Source of the DNA: Acidimicrobiaceae bacterium
GTDB taxonomy: Bacteria; Actinomycetota; Acidimicrobiia; Acidimicrobiales; Bog-793
Assembly: GCA_003140595.1 (NCBI GenBank)
Contig: PLKG01000138.1
Location: forward strand, 58,056-122,055
Direction: 5' to 3'
DNA length: 64,000 nucleotides
The stretch's first letter is position 1. Every line of letters begins with the position of its first letter. The notes beneath the pieces are model-generated. The model searched no databases. It saw nothing but the letters and a program-made list of their open reading frames with translations, and was not told the DNA's origin. The position numbers were made by a program, and so were the translations under genes. Below are positions 1 through 10,315 of this stretch, in pieces.

Positions 1-1
1 A

Positions 2-928
2 CTTTCTTACCAGCTCGGATGGATTCCGAACGCGGAGTTCGCCGGCACCTGGATCGCTCTCGACAAGGGCTATTACACAAAGGCCGGTCTGGATGTCACT
101 GTCGTTCCCGGTGGCCCGACTACCGCTCCAATAGCTGTCATCGAGTCCGGAACCGCACTTGTGACTATCGCCGACCCGATAGTGACCGCGACGGCCGTCA
201 AGCAGGGAGCCGATCTGAGGATAATCGGCACCCAATACCAGCGCAGCCCTTACTGCCTGACCTCCCTCGCCAAGAAACCGATCCGTACCCCGCAAGACAT
301 GATCGGTCACAAGATCGGCTTAGCTGCGTCGGACGAGCCGGTTTGGGCGGCGTTCCTCAAGCTCAACAAGATCTCGGCCTCACAGGTCCCAACCGTGCCG
401 ATCCAGTTCGATCCTTCCGTGCTGGTTGCCGGCGAGTGCGAGGCCATCGTGGCTTTCTCCTATGAGCAGTCGAGCGAGCTTGCCCAGCAGGGAGTAAAGA
501 CGTACTCGTTCCTCTGGGATGACTACGGTTTCAAGATCATGTGGAACACCTACATCGCAACCGCTGAGTCGGTCGCGAACGCCGCCAAGCGTCAGGCGCT
601 CGTCGACTTCCTCTATGGGGAGGCGTTGGGCTGGACTGCGCAGGTCAAGAACCCGAAGGAGGGCGCGACGCTTGCAGTCGAGAAGTACGGCGCCAGCCTC
701 AAGTTGAACCTGCAGGAGCAGACCCGCGAGGCAGTAGGAGCCAAGGCGCTGATCGTCACGGCGGCAACCCAGGACCACGGCCTATTCGCCATGCCCGCTT
801 CAGGTATCTCGAACGCGGTCTCGTTGCTGCACGTACTCGACCTTGCCATGCCAAAGGCGACGTTCGACACGAGCCTTCTCGCCGACATGCACAAGCAGCA
901 TCCCTCGCTTGCCAAACTCGTGATTTGA
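2..928 (+). CDS. ABC transporter substrate-binding protein, NMT1/THI5-like (NitT/TauT type); 5' end lies outside the window
   Basis: The frame of ORF 161..928 stays open back to the window edge ([38 protein letters not shown]...). That N-terminal pattern is typical of NMT1/THI5-like binding proteins. A cognate ATPase and two permeases follow. Confidence 0.75.
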   Translation, partial: LSYQLGWIPNAEFAGTWIALDKGYYTKAGLDVTVVPGGPTTAPIAVIESGTALVTIADPIVTATAVKQGADLRIIGTQYQRSPYCLTSLAKKPIRTPQDMIGHKIGLAASDEPVWAAFLKLNKISASQVPTVPIQFDPSVLVAGECEAIVAFSYEQSSELAQQGVKTYSFLWDDYGFKIMWNTYIATAESVANAAKRQALVDFLYGEALGWTAQVKNPKEGATLAVEKYGASLKLNLQEQTREAVGAKALIVTAATQDHGLFAMPASGISNAVSLLHVLDLAMPKATFDTSLLADMHKQHPSLAKLVI

Positions 929-1184
929 TCGTCTCAAGCAGCAAGCTGTCAAACTCAGCCGACCAGCCGGCGCGTGGACACGCCCCTGCGATGCGGACAA
1001 GGTCCGATCTGCCCCGTCGGCAGATGAGGGCGCCGTCTGGTCGGCTCGCGATAGGAGTTCCGAGATGATTGGCGGGAGCAGACAGGAGGGCTCGTCAGCT
1101 GCCGGCCCCCCAGGCGACTTCGCGGTTGTCGCGCAGGGCGAGCGGGATATTGGTGCCGGCAGGCGCTTAGATCCGGGGCCAGGT

Positions 1185-2003
1185 GTGCCTTCACGGGATC
1201 GGGACCGGACGGATAATGAACCGGTCACGAGCGGAGGCGACGATGGCATCAGTCTCCGACGGCTCGGTAAGACGTTCAAGATGCGCCGTTCTTCAGTCGT
1301 TGCCCTCGAGGGCGTCGACCTGGCGGCCCCGATCGGGTCGTTCGTGGCACTGCTGGGGCCGTCAGGCTGTGGCAAGTCGACCATTTTGAGAATCCTGGCC
1401 GATCTCGAAGAACCCACGAGCGGTTCAGTGCTCCTCCACGGTGAGCCCCCGGCGACCGCCCGGCGGAACCATCTCCTGGGCATAGCCTTCCAGGACGCCG
1501 CCCTGTTGCCGTGGAGATCTGTGATGACCAACATCCAGCTTCCACTCGAGCTCAGCGGCGTGAAGGTCTCCGAGGGCGCCATCCGGGACCTCATCTCACT
1601 GGTCGGCTTGGAGCAATTCACACACGCCCGGCCAGCTCAACTGTCCGGCGGTATGCGCCAACGGGTCTCCATAGCCCGAGCGCTGGTCATCGAGCCCAAG
1701 ATCCTTCTGCTCGACGAGCCTTTCGGCTCCCTCGACGAGATGACCCGCCAACGGCTCAACCTTGAACTGCAGCGAATATGGACCGAACGGCCGGCTACCA
1801 CCTTGCTGGTGACGCACTCGATCGCCGAGGCAGTCTTCCTCGCAGACATCGTCGCGGTGATGAGCCCGCGCCCGGGCCGGATCGTCAAGAGCATTCCCAT
1901 TAACCTCGCCCGGCCGCGCACTCCCGAGATGATGCGCAGCCTTGAGTTCCACTCCCTGTGCGACGAACTGAGCGAGTTGCTCTTCGAGGGCGGAGCGCGC
2001 TGA
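1185..2003 (+). CDS. ABC transporter ATP-binding protein (nitrate/sulfonate/taurine-type)
   Basis: Walker [13 protein letters not shown] signature LSGGMRQR and Walker [12 protein letters not shown] are present. The start is ambiguous: the ORF opens at 1065, and the in-frame GTG at 1185 gives a typical length of about 272 aa. Confidence 0.9.
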   Translation: MPSRDRDRTDNEPVTSGGDDGISLRRLGKTFKMRRSSVVALEGVDLAAPIGSFVALLGPSGCGKSTILRILADLEEPTSGSVLLHGEPPATARRNHLLGIAFQDAALLPWRSVMTNIQLPLELSGVKVSEGAIRDLISLVGLEQFTHARPAQLSGGMRQRVSIARALVIEPKILLLDEPFGSLDEMTRQRLNLELQRIWTERPATTLLVTHSIAEAVFLADIVAVMSPRPGRIVKSIPINLARPRTPEMMRSLEFHSLCDELSELLFEGGAR

Positions 2004-2782
2004 TGGCGCAAGCGACTGGACCACGACGGCTAACTAGACCGAAGTGGACAAGTGGTCTGGTCGGTTTCGTCGTAGTGATCGGCGTATGGGAGCTGTTCAC
2101 CGCGACGCTCGCCAGCGGGAACAGGATCTGGCCCACTCCGTGGGCCATTGTGACCCTCATGGTCAGCGACGGTTGGCACTTTTACTGGCCGAACATGCAG
2201 ACGACACTCTGGGAAGCGATGAGAGGTTTCTTCTGGGGAAACGTACTCGCCATAGGGCTCGCCATGCTGGTGCTGCTCGTACCCATTATCGAACGGCCTC
2301 TGATACAGCTGAGCGTCGTGTCGTACTGCCTGCCGATCGTTGCGGTAGCTCCGATCTTCACAGCCTTGTGGTCCGGGGAGACTCCGAAGGTCCTGCTTGC
2401 AGCAATGGCGGTCTTCTTCACAACACTGATCGGGATGCTGATCGGGCTCCGCAGCGCGGACCCCACCAGCCTGGATCTCGTCTACGCGTACGGCGGCGGT
2501 GCGTTCCGAAAGTTGATCAAAGTCCGGCTGTGGGCCTGCTTGCCCAGCCTGTTCGCGAGCCTTCGCATCGCAGCGCCCGCCGCCGTGCTGGGTGCCATCA
2601 TCGGCGAGTACCTCGGCGGCTACCGCGGCCTCGGCGTAGCCATGATCGTCTCGGAACAGTCCCTTGACGTTGCCAGAACCTGGGGTATCGCGCTTGTCTC
2701 CACTGCGGTCGGTAGCCTCGGCTACTTCTTGATGTCAACGCTCGGGCGCCTCCTCACTCCATGGGCAAGACAGACCTCATGA
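2003..2782 (+). CDS. ABC transporter permease (TauC/SsuC-like)
   Basis: Multi-pass hydrophobic product with a permease loop (LRSADPTSLDLVYAYGGGAFRKLIKVRLWACLPSLFASLRIAAP). The ATG at 2003 overlaps the upstream TGA (ATGA). Confidence 0.85.
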   Translation: MAQATGPRRLTRPKWTSGLVGFVVVIGVWELFTATLASGNRIWPTPWAIVTLMVSDGWHFYWPNMQTTLWEAMRGFFWGNVLAIGLAMLVLLVPIIERPLIQLSVVSYCLPIVAVAPIFTALWSGETPKVLLAAMAVFFTTLIGMLIGLRSADPTSLDLVYAYGGGAFRKLIKVRLWACLPSLFASLRIAAPAAVLGAIIGEYLGGYRGLGVAMIVSEQSLDVARTWGIALVSTAVGSLGYFLMSTLGRLLTPWARQTS

Positions 2783-3642
2783 CAGCAGTCGCCCAGTCCA
2801 ACGGCTCCTACGGGCCATCACCGGGCTTGTCCCCGGTAGTTCCGCCGATACTCCAACGCGCTGCTCGGCGCACTGGCTGGGCACTTCTCACCGGCGCCAT
2901 AACGCTTGCGGTCGTGATCGGAGCCTGGATCCTTTTCCTCAAGGCCTTCCATGTGTCGCCCTTCGTGGGAAAGGGCCCCGTGGATGTTTGGCGCTACCTG
3001 ACCAGCGGGCCGGATGCCTCGTCCAACCGTAGCGAGCTGCTCCAGGAGTCAGGCTTCACCCTCCGCGACGCGTTCTTGGGCCTCGCGGGAGGCACGGTCG
3101 CGGCTATCGGGTGCGCAATTGCTTTCAACTTGTCGCGTGCAGCTTCTTCGACCTTCATGCCCCTGGCCATGGTGTTGCGCTCGGTCCCCCTTGTCGCTAT
3201 GACGCCGCTCATCGTCGCCATCTTCGGTCGCAACCTTGAGGCCATCACGGTGATCACCGGCATCGTGACGTTCTTCCCGACACTTGTTTACGTGACTCTT
3301 GCGCTGCGCAGCACGCCGCGCGAGTCGGTCGACCTGAGTCGCGCGTATGGCGCCAGCAGGGCCAAGACGCTCTGGAAGATACAGATCCCGAGCGCCCTCC
3401 CGTCGCTGTTCGCGTCGCTGCGGATCGCCGCTCCGCTGTCTCTCGTCGGCGCTCTGCTCGCCGAATGGCTCGCCACCGGACAGGGCTTGGGTTGGAACAT
3501 GATCGAGTCCGCCGACCTGAGCGACTACAGCGGGCTGTGGACCCGGGTCGTATTGATCACGGCCTATTCCGCGATCTTGTACAAGGTCATAGGCGCGGTG
3601 GAGGGTCACGTGTTGAAGAGATTCGGGACGACAAGTGAGTGA
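2779..3642 (+). CDS. ABC transporter permease, second subunit
   Basis: Paralogous permease loop (SRAYGASRAKTLWKIQIPSALPSLFASLRIAAP). The ATG at 2779 overlaps the upstream TGA (ATGA). Confidence 0.85.
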   Translation: MTAVAQSNGSYGPSPGLSPVVPPILQRAARRTGWALLTGAITLAVVIGAWILFLKAFHVSPFVGKGPVDVWRYLTSGPDASSNRSELLQESGFTLRDAFLGLAGGTVAAIGCAIAFNLSRAASSTFMPLAMVLRSVPLVAMTPLIVAIFGRNLEAITVITGIVTFFPTLVYVTLALRSTPRESVDLSRAYGASRAKTLWKIQIPSALPSLFASLRIAAPLSLVGALLAEWLATGQGLGWNMIESADLSDYSGLWTRVVLITAYSAILYKVIGAVEGHVLKRFGTTSE

Positions 3643-3774
3643 ATGGCTTGTCGGACACTCTCGCTCGTCCTGCTGCGACAGCAGTCGGTCGTCGGTCCAT
3701 ATAGCCGATGACATCGACTGGTCTCGACGGAGAATGGGCGGCGTCGGTTCATCTGACTTCGGTAGGAGGAACAA

Positions 3775-5562
3775 ATGCAGCGTGACGAAATAGATCCCGA
3801 GGTTCGCAGACGTGCGGTGGCCGCCGCCCGCGGCCGCGAAAAGTTCGATCTGCTGCTCTGCAACGGCACCGTGGTGGACGTCGGCACCGGCGAGTTGCGG
3901 TCCGGTGACGTCGGAATTGTCGGGCCGATGATCGCGAGCGTGCATCCGGAGGGGACCCGGAGCGACGCGTCCGAGATCGTGGACTGTGCCGGCCGCTACG
4001 TGGCACCGGGCCTGATCGACATGCACGTCCACTTCGAGAGCTCCATGCTGACACCTGGGCCCTACACGGAGGCTGTGTGCCCCCGGGGTACCACGACGAT
4101 CTTCTGCGATCCTCACGAGCTGGCCAACGTCGCCGGCGTCGAGGGGGTCCGGTACGCGGTGGACGCAAGCCGCGGCCTACCGGTGCGCTTCATAGTTCAG
4201 GCCCCCTCCTGCGTCCCGCCGCAACCGGGGCTCGAGCTGTCGGGACACGACCTCATGGGTCCGGAAATCGCCGAGATGCTGAGCTGGCCCGAAGTCGGGG
4301 GGTTGGCCGAGGTGATGGACATGATCGGCGTGCTTGGCGATGATCGGCGGATGCGCGACGTCGTCGCCGCCGGCCTGGCCAGCGGCAAGCTCGTGTCGGG
4401 GCACGCCGCCGGCCTGACCGGCTCCGAACTGCAGGCCTATCTCGCATCGGGCATTGACTCCGACCACGAGATCTTCATGCCGGGCGACGTGCTTGCCCGC
4501 CTTCGCGCCGGGCTCACCGTCGAGCTGAGGGGCATGATCGACCCGCTGCTGCCCCAGGTCGTCGCGGATCTGGCGGCGCTACCTGAGTTGCCGACCCACA
4601 TAGTCGCCTGTACCGACGACCTCTTCGCCCTGACTCTGCTCACCGAGGGCGGAGTCGACCACCTCCTCCGGCGGCTCATCGGTTACGGCATGCCGGCGGT
4701 GCGCGCGCTGCGCCTCGCCACCTACAACGCTGCCTATCGTCTGGGCCGCGTGGACCTTGGACTGGTCGCCGCCGGCAGGCGCGCCGATCTCATCGTCCTG
4801 TCCGATCTCGAGGCAGTCAGAGTGGACGAGGTCTACTCGTCCGGAGTGCACGTCGCACACGAAGGCAGGATGCTCGTGTCCTGTGAAGAAGGGCCTTCGG
4901 TGCCGCCGCTGCACACTGTTCGCGTTGCCTCCCTGGCCCCGGAGGACTTCGTCGTTCGCGTCGCTCCGGATGGCTCTCTCCCGCCGGTGGGTACCGCACG
5001 AATGCGCGTGATAGACGGGGTGATCAACACCAAATGGGCCGAAATCGAGGTCGAGGTGACCCTCGGCGAGGTCATCGTCCCACCCGGTCACATCATCCAG
5101 GCGGTCGTGCACCGCCACGGGCGAATACCGGCTCGCCCGCAGCTCGCCCTGGCAAGCGGGTGGGGAGACGAATGGTCCGGTGCCGTCGCGACCACGGTCT
5201 CGCATGACACCCACAACCTGGTTGTGTTCGGCAGAGACCCGCTTTCCATGGCGACGGCTGCCAATGCGGTGCTCGCCGCCGACGGAGGCGTGGCAGTCGC
5301 TGAGGGCGGGAATGTGCTGGCGATGATCGCGCTGCCGATCGCGGGGATCCTCTCTCCGCTGCACGCAGGCGAGGTGGCGGCGGCTCAGCGTGCGACACAA
5401 GATGCTGCCCGCGAAGTAGGCCTCCCGGCAGGAATCCTGACCCAGCCCCTCTTCCAGTGCCTCGCGAGCACGCTCGCATGCCTGCCCGGCCCGCACCTGA
5501 CCGATCTCGGGCTCATCGATGGTACGACCGGGGAGCTGGTCCCCGACCTCTTCCTAGTCTGA
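3775..5562 (+). CDS. ade: Adenine deaminase (amidohydrolase superfamily)
   Basis: The 595-aa product is collinear with Ade. Matching blocks: PGLIDMHVHFESSMLTP, GTTTIFCDPHELANV, GLAEVMD, CTDD, TTVSHDTHNLVVFG and LPIAGILSP. Confidence 0.85.
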   Translation: MQRDEIDPEVRRRAVAAARGREKFDLLLCNGTVVDVGTGELRSGDVGIVGPMIASVHPEGTRSDASEIVDCAGRYVAPGLIDMHVHFESSMLTPGPYTEAVCPRGTTTIFCDPHELANVAGVEGVRYAVDASRGLPVRFIVQAPSCVPPQPGLELSGHDLMGPEIAEMLSWPEVGGLAEVMDMIGVLGDDRRMRDVVAAGLASGKLVSGHAAGLTGSELQAYLASGIDSDHEIFMPGDVLARLRAGLTVELRGMIDPLLPQVVADLAALPELPTHIVACTDDLFALTLLTEGGVDHLLRRLIGYGMPAVRALRLATYNAAYRLGRVDLGLVAAGRRADLIVLSDLEAVRVDEVYSSGVHVAHEGRMLVSCEEGPSVPPLHTVRVASLAPEDFVVRVAPDGSLPPVGTARMRVIDGVINTKWAEIEVEVTLGEVIVPPGHIIQAVVHRHGRIPARPQLALASGWGDEWSGAVATTVSHDTHNLVVFGRDPLSMATAANAVLAADGGVAVAEGGNVLAMIALPIAGILSPLHAGEVAAAQRATQDAAREVGLPAGILTQPLFQCLASTLACLPGPHLTDLGLIDGTTGELVPDLFLV

Positions 5563-5572
5563 GTCACCCACG

Positions 5573-5608
5573 ACTCCCGGTCGGCACTTTCGCGCACCGG
5601 TCGGGAGT
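5573..5608. terminator. Hairpin between convergent genes; candidate bidirectional terminator
   Basis: Arms ACTCCCGGTCGG (5573-5584) and CCGGTCGGGAGT (5597-5608) give 10 of 12 pairs with a 12-nt loop. It lies between the ade stop (5562) and the creatininase-family stop (5616). There is no clear U-tract. Confidence 0.4.
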
Positions 5609-5615
5609 GCTCCTG

Positions 5616-6386
5616 TCATTCGGCAGGGACGGAGCCTGTGGCGAGGAAGGCCTGGGCTACGGCGACGGCCCGATCCGCCAGGGCATCAAGGATCTGCTCT
5701 CCCTTTTCGGCGCTGGCCGGCCGGGGATCGCCGAACACCCCTGAGCGCGACAAGTCGTGCATCCGGGTTGGAACCGAGCCGAAGGTCGGCGGAAGAAACG
5801 GGTACTCGGCGACGCTCCGATCCATCTTGACTGAGTCCGGTCGCACAGCCAGCATCACCGAGGTCTCGAGCTCATCGGCATGGTAGATGCCCGGGCCGGC
5901 GGGCCGGGTCTCGCACACCTCGCCGGCCACTTCGGCCAGGCCCGGATAGTCGATGACAAGCATCGGCCACTCCAGCCGGCTCAGGGCTTCGCGAGCAGCT
6001 ACGCGCAGTGGCGCCTGGTTCCCGAAGTCCCCGTTCACCACGATGAGGCACCGAAAGCCGCAGCGCCGGACACCGGCGCAGATATCCAGGGCGATCGCGC
6101 ACACGGTATCGAACGAGAGCGACACCGTGCCTGCAAATCCGTCGTTGCTCGAGGTTTCACCAAAGCAAACCGGCGGCAACACGAAGCCGCCCACAGCCTC
6201 TGCGACCCGACGGGCGAGCGCGACCGCCATGGAGGTATCGGTCGAAAGCGGGAGGTGCGGTCCGTGCTGCTCGAAAGCGCCGAACGGGAGCACCGCAGGA
6301 GCACCCTGTTCCGCCGCGCTACGCGCGTCGACCCAGGACGCATTCTCGCCATCGACCCACATAGAGGTTTCGTACTCTACTAGCAC
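5616..6386 (-). CDS. Creatininase-family amidohydrolase
   Basis: Family core LPFGAFEQHGPHLPLSTDT ... VNGDFGN ... HADELETS ... SGVFGDP. I trimmed the long ORF (to 6506): the start is GTG 6386 or ATG 6362. Confidence 0.75.
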   Translation of the reverse strand: MLVEYETSMWVDGENASWVDARSAAEQGAPAVLPFGAFEQHGPHLPLSTDTSMAVALARRVAEAVGGFVLPPVCFGETSSNDGFAGTVSLSFDTVCAIALDICAGVRRCGFRCLIVVNGDFGNQAPLRVAAREALSRLEWPMLVIDYPGLAEVAGEVCETRPAGPGIYHADELETSVMLAVRPDSVKMDRSVAEYPFLPPTFGSVPTRMHDLSRSGVFGDPRPASAEKGEQILDALADRAVAVAQAFLATGSVPAE

Positions 6387-6406
6387 GTCGGTTACTCTCG
6401 ACGGGC

Positions 6407-7600
6407 GTGGAGCTCGACGGAATCCCCGCCTGGGACGGACTCTCTGAACTCGGTCCGACGCGAGTGACCTGGCGTGGTGACTCGATCGCCGAGGTGGTGA
6501 GCACACCGGCCGCCCGTTGGAACGACTTGGCGGTAATTCCCGGGCTTATCGACACCCACGTTCACCTGGTCGGCTATGCGGGAACCGGCACCGTTGACTT
6601 CGGAACGTGGCCCTTGACTACCACCAGGGAAGAACAGGTGCTCCACGGCGTGGCTCACGCTAAGCGGGCTCTTCGCCGGGGCGTCACGACGCTGCGCGAC
6701 CTTGCAGGGGACGACGCACAGATCGCGATCAGGCGAGCCTTCGCCGGTCGAGTCCTGACCGGACCGCGAGTACTCGTACACGCAGTGGTCGGGATGACGG
6801 CAGGGCATTGCGATCTCTTCACGCCCGCGGCCGTGACGGGCAGACCGCCCACTGCGGACGGCCCTTGGGAGTGCCGACGCCTGGTGCGCGCTTGGGCGCG
6901 GGCGGGTGCCGACGGCATCAAGATCACCACCGGCGGCGGTGTGCTCTCCACGGGGGACAGGAGTTCGTGGCGTAACCACACTCGCGAGGAGGTACGGGCG
7001 ATCGTCGACGAGGCACACGCCTTGGGCATGCAGGTGGCCGCCCACGCGCACGACCGATCCGCTATCCAGGTCGCGATCGAGGAGGGCGCCGACTCGATCG
7101 AGCACGCAACGACGATCAGTCATGAGCAGGCAGAACTTGTCGCCGCTAACCGAACCCCGGTCGCGCCAACTTTGCTGATAAACGACGCCATTGCCACCGC
7201 TCGCGTGCCGGTGAGCCCCGAGGCCCAGGCGAAGGCAGCCGAGCTGGTCACAGAGCGCGACGCGCTGATGCGCTATGGCGCGATTGCAGGCGTCAACTTC
7301 GTCCTCGGCACCGACGCGAATGGCTACCACGTCGACTTCGGCGACGAGATGGCTGAGCTCGCCAGAATGCACGAGGTCATCGGGCTCGATGCCGAGAGCT
7401 GCCTTAGAGCCGCGACATCGAAAGCCGCCGCTGCGATCGGCCTGGATGCGACCATCGGCAGGCTCGCGCCCGGTTACAGCGCCGATCTTCTGATCGTGCG
7501 GGGACGTCCCTGGCGTGACATCCGCGACCTCACGGTCGATAACCTGGTCGCCGTCGTTGCCCGGGGCGAGGTGGTGGCTGGAGCCCTGCCGGCGCAGTGA
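6407..7600 (+). CDS. Metal-dependent amidohydrolase (COG1228-like)
   Basis: Contains PGLIDTHVHL (HxH), AAHAH, ADSIEHAT and GTDANG blocks. It is divergent from the creatininase-family gene with only about 20-45 bp between the starts. Confidence 0.75.
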   Translation: MELDGIPAWDGLSELGPTRVTWRGDSIAEVVSTPAARWNDLAVIPGLIDTHVHLVGYAGTGTVDFGTWPLTTTREEQVLHGVAHAKRALRRGVTTLRDLAGDDAQIAIRRAFAGRVLTGPRVLVHAVVGMTAGHCDLFTPAAVTGRPPTADGPWECRRLVRAWARAGADGIKITTGGGVLSTGDRSSWRNHTREEVRAIVDEAHALGMQVAAHAHDRSAIQVAIEEGADSIEHATTISHEQAELVAANRTPVAPTLLINDAIATARVPVSPEAQAKAAELVTERDALMRYGAIAGVNFVLGTDANGYHVDFGDEMAELARMHEVIGLDAESCLRAATSKAAAAIGLDATIGRLAPGYSADLLIVRGRPWRDIRDLTVDNLVAVVARGEVVAGALPAQ

Positions 7601-7645
7601 GTCCTTGTCACGAGGGCTGACAGAACGGGTGTCGATCCCGGACGC

Positions 7646-8719
7646 TCAGTTGTCGAGATGCACGAGCAGCCACTGCAAGAGCATCGTCGCGTTGACGTTG
7701 CGGGTCAGGCGCGTCGAGGCCTCGTCGATAGCCGCGATCGAGGCGAGCGTGGACCTTAGGCGCTGGGGAGACGCGTCCGGCTCGGCGAGACGCTCCCGGC
7801 ACACTGAACTGAGCGCGGCAAGCCCGGCGCGGATGTCGTCGGTGCGTACACGTCGCAGCTCGCGCGAGTGACGCTCCTCGATGACAGAGCGTCCGGGGAT
7901 GACCTTCTCACCCCTCCGATCGGCCTCCTCCTGAAGGAGGGTCAGCTCCTCGGACTGCCGCGCACGCACGACCTCGACCGGCTCGGCGATCGAGGCAAGT
8001 AGCTCGTCGGCTAGCTCGGCAACCCTCGCACCCGTCCCGTTCAACCGGCTCGGCACGGTTCTCCATCGTTGCAACCGGTCTGCGAAACCCGGGTCCCGGG
8101 CGAGCAGCCTGGCCCGGTCGAGGCGCCCCCCCGCCACCTCGGCCACGACTGTCGCAGTCGAAACATCGACGCCCTCGCCCGTCAGGACCTCAACGATCGC
8201 TTCGTCGCGGAGGGGCCTGAATTGGACCTGCATGCACCTGCTCGCGATGGTCACAAACGGGCTCGGGACAGTCTCCGCGGTGATGATGATCACAGTCGTG
8301 TCCGGTGGCTCCTCGATCGTCTTCAGCAACGCCGGTGCAGCGTCGTCGACAAGGTGGAAGTCGACCAGCACGAGTACCTGGAACCGGGCGGCTCTCGGCG
8401 TGCGCAGGGCCAGGCGCGCGACTTCGCGCGCCTGTTTGACCGAGATTGAGGCGCCCACGCGCTCGACCACTTGGAGATCGGGATGCCTGAGCGCGAGCGC
8501 TTCCTGGCACGACGCGCACTCGCCGCAGCCCCCGCGCTCGCACATGAGCGCGGCGGCGAACGCAATCGAGGCGTCAAGGCGGCCGCTGCCAGGCGGACCT
8601 ATGAAGAGGTAGGCGTGCACGGGCGCGCGCAGCGCGCCACGGAGAAGTTCCATCGCTGCCGGCTGGCCCTTCACACGGTCGAGAACCGGGGCGCGGACCG
8701 AGTCCTCGGCTGCGGTCAC
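7646..8719 (-). CDS. holB: DNA polymerase III subunit delta-prime
   Basis: Contains HAYLFIGPPGSGR (P-loop-like) and a Cys cluster CERGGCGECASC, then HPDL. The start is set at GTG 8719, which overlaps the tmk stop (GTGA). The 447-aa ORF in the track is over-extended. Confidence 0.85.
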   Translation of the reverse strand: MTAAEDSVRAPVLDRVKGQPAAMELLRGALRAPVHAYLFIGPPGSGRLDASIAFAAALMCERGGCGECASCQEALALRHPDLQVVERVGASISVKQAREVARLALRTPRAARFQVLVLVDFHLVDDAAPALLKTIEEPPDTTVIIITAETVPSPFVTIASRCMQVQFRPLRDEAIVEVLTGEGVDVSTATVVAEVAGGRLDRARLLARDPGFADRLQRWRTVPSRLNGTGARVAELADELLASIAEPVEVVRARQSEELTLLQEEADRRGEKVIPGRSVIEERHSRELRRVRTDDIRAGLAALSSVCRERLAEPDASPQRLRSTLASIAAIDEASTRLTRNVNATMLLQWLLVHLDN

Positions 8720-9360
8720 AGGAAGCCTTCGATGCCTAGGCGCGCCCGTACGGCTCCTAGCACCGCAGCGGCCACCTGAGGCGGCGGCGCGGACCCGTCG
8801 AGGACGACCCAGCGCCCGGAATCGTCCGAAGCGAGCGTGCGGAAGCCCTCGTTGACTCTTCGGTGGAACTCCGGTTCCTCGGCTTCGATCCGGTCCGGGC
8901 TCACGCCCGGCAGTTGCGCCTGTTGGGCTGCACGACGTCGCTCGGCGAGATCGCGAGGTATGTCCAAGAGGATGCAGAGATCGGGCCATCTGCCACCGGA
9001 AGCGAGATCGCAGGCTCGGCGCACCTCATCGACGGGAAGCCCGCGACCGTAGCCCTGGTAAGCGAGCGTCGAGCCCACGAACCGGTCCACGACGACGTGG
9101 CGACCGACGGCGAGTGCCGGCTCGATGAGAACGCTCAGGTGCTCGGCGCGCGCGGCGAGCATGAGGTACAGCTCCGCTCTTGGTGCGGGCGTTCCCAGCG
9201 AATGGTCGAGGAGCAGGTCCCGAATGCGTTCGGCGATGGGGCTCCCACCCGGCTCGCGGCTGAGCACGGCGCCTATCGTGCAAGCAAGAAGGGCGGCCTG
9301 GGTGGACTTGCCGACGCCTTCACCGCCTTCGATCGCGATCAGCCGGCCCGGAGTGTGCAC
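8716..9360 (-). CDS. tmk: Thymidylate kinase
   Basis: IAIEGGEGVGKSTQ P-loop, about 214 aa, GTG start, and the conserved tmk-holB pairing. Confidence 0.9.
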   Translation of the reverse strand: MHTPGRLIAIEGGEGVGKSTQAALLACTIGAVLSREPGGSPIAERIRDLLLDHSLGTPAPRAELYLMLAARAEHLSVLIEPALAVGRHVVVDRFVGSTLAYQGYGRGLPVDEVRRACDLASGGRWPDLCILLDIPRDLAERRRAAQQAQLPGVSPDRIEAEEPEFHRRVNEGFRTLASDDSGRWVVLDGSAPPPQVAAAVLGAVRARLGIEGFL

Positions 9361-9531
9361 GGTTCGAAGGTTAGAGCGTCACGTCGGACAGCACGGCTGT
9401 GCATGCCGGAGGCTGACAATCCTCGACTTGGTCACCAGCTCGGTGATCGCCTTTCGAAATCGGGATAATCCGACTCAGTGTCCCTTCAGCTCTCCGTAGC
9501 CGCGCGGCAGACGGCAGTTGGCCGGTGCCGC

Positions 9532-10233
9532 TCAGGCCTCTGCCTTCAACTCCTGCCGGAGGGGCTTTGACTCGCTCCGCAGGAAGAGATTCGCACCGGC
9601 CGCAAGCCCGCCGCCCACGAGCGGCGCCACGACGAACAGCCACACCTGGCTGAGCGCCTTCCCGCCCTCGAAAAGTGCCGGTCCCAATGCTCGTGCCGGG
9701 TTCACCGAGGTGCCGTCGAGCGGAATGCCCACCAGGTGGATCACGGTCAGCGAGAGACCGATCGCCAAACCCGCGAACCCAACCGCGGCTGCCTTCTCTG
9801 TGGCCATGAGAACGACGAAGACGAGAAGGAACGTCAAGACGATCTCGAGCACGAAGGCGCCCCCCTCGCTTATGTGCTTGCCATACCCGTCAGTACCCAG
9901 TCCTCCCGTCTGGTCGACCACCTTGCCGAAGCTCGAGGTCATCAGCTTCAACAGGGCGCCCCCGGCAATGCCCCCGACGAACTGGGCCACCCAGTAGCCG
10001 ATCGCCTCGTTCACCGGGATGCGCCCGGAGATCAGCGCTCCTAGCGTGACCGCCGGGTTGACGTGACAGCCCGACACCGGCCCTATCGCGTAGACGAGAA
10101 CCAGCAGAACAAAGCCGAAGGCAAACGCGACGCCCGCTGGGCCGATCACATTGATCCCGCCGACCGCGCTCCCTACCGCGAAGAACACGAGGATGCACGT
10201 GCCCAGCAGTTCTGCAACAAGCTTCTTTGCCAC
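9532..10233 (-). CDS. aqpZ: Aquaporin Z / MIP-family water channel
   Basis: Two NPA boxes (HVNPAVTLG and SVNPARALG), six hydrophobic segments, and a GAGGAG ribosome-binding site before the GTG start. Confidence 0.9.
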   Translation of the reverse strand: MAKKLVAELLGTCILVFFAVGSAVGGINVIGPAGVAFAFGFVLLVLVYAIGPVSGCHVNPAVTLGALISGRIPVNEAIGYWVAQFVGGIAGGALLKLMTSSFGKVVDQTGGLGTDGYGKHISEGGAFVLEIVLTFLLVFVVLMATEKAAAVGFAGLAIGLSLTVIHLVGIPLDGTSVNPARALGPALFEGGKALSQVWLFVVAPLVGGGLAAGANLFLRSESKPLRQELKAEA

Positions 10234-10294
10234 TCACCACTCCTCGGGTCGTTTGCGAAAGCCGCCCTCGTCCGGACCCGCCAGAGTGTCCGCG

Positions 10295-10308
10295 GCCTCC
10301 GAAGAGGC
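10295..10308 (-). terminator. Small GC hairpin just after the topA stop
   Basis: On the minus strand GCCUC-UUCG-GAGGC (5-bp stem, UUCG tetraloop) sits about 10 nt after the TAA. There is no U-tract. Confidence 0.3.
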
Positions 10309-10315
10309 GCGCAAT

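Noticed and set aside
800-1621. 273-aa minus-strand ORF antisense to the binding-protein and ATPase genes. Similar long antisense or alternate-frame ORFs occur at 3049..4116, 4579..5496, 6392..7372, 25889..26998, 27360..28775, 38191..39402, 43621..44199 and 59643..60833.
   Set aside because: The products are Arg/Pro/Gly/Ser-rich with no motifs. Each overlaps a gene that has clear family signatures on the other strand or frame. This is the typical high-GC open-frame artefact.
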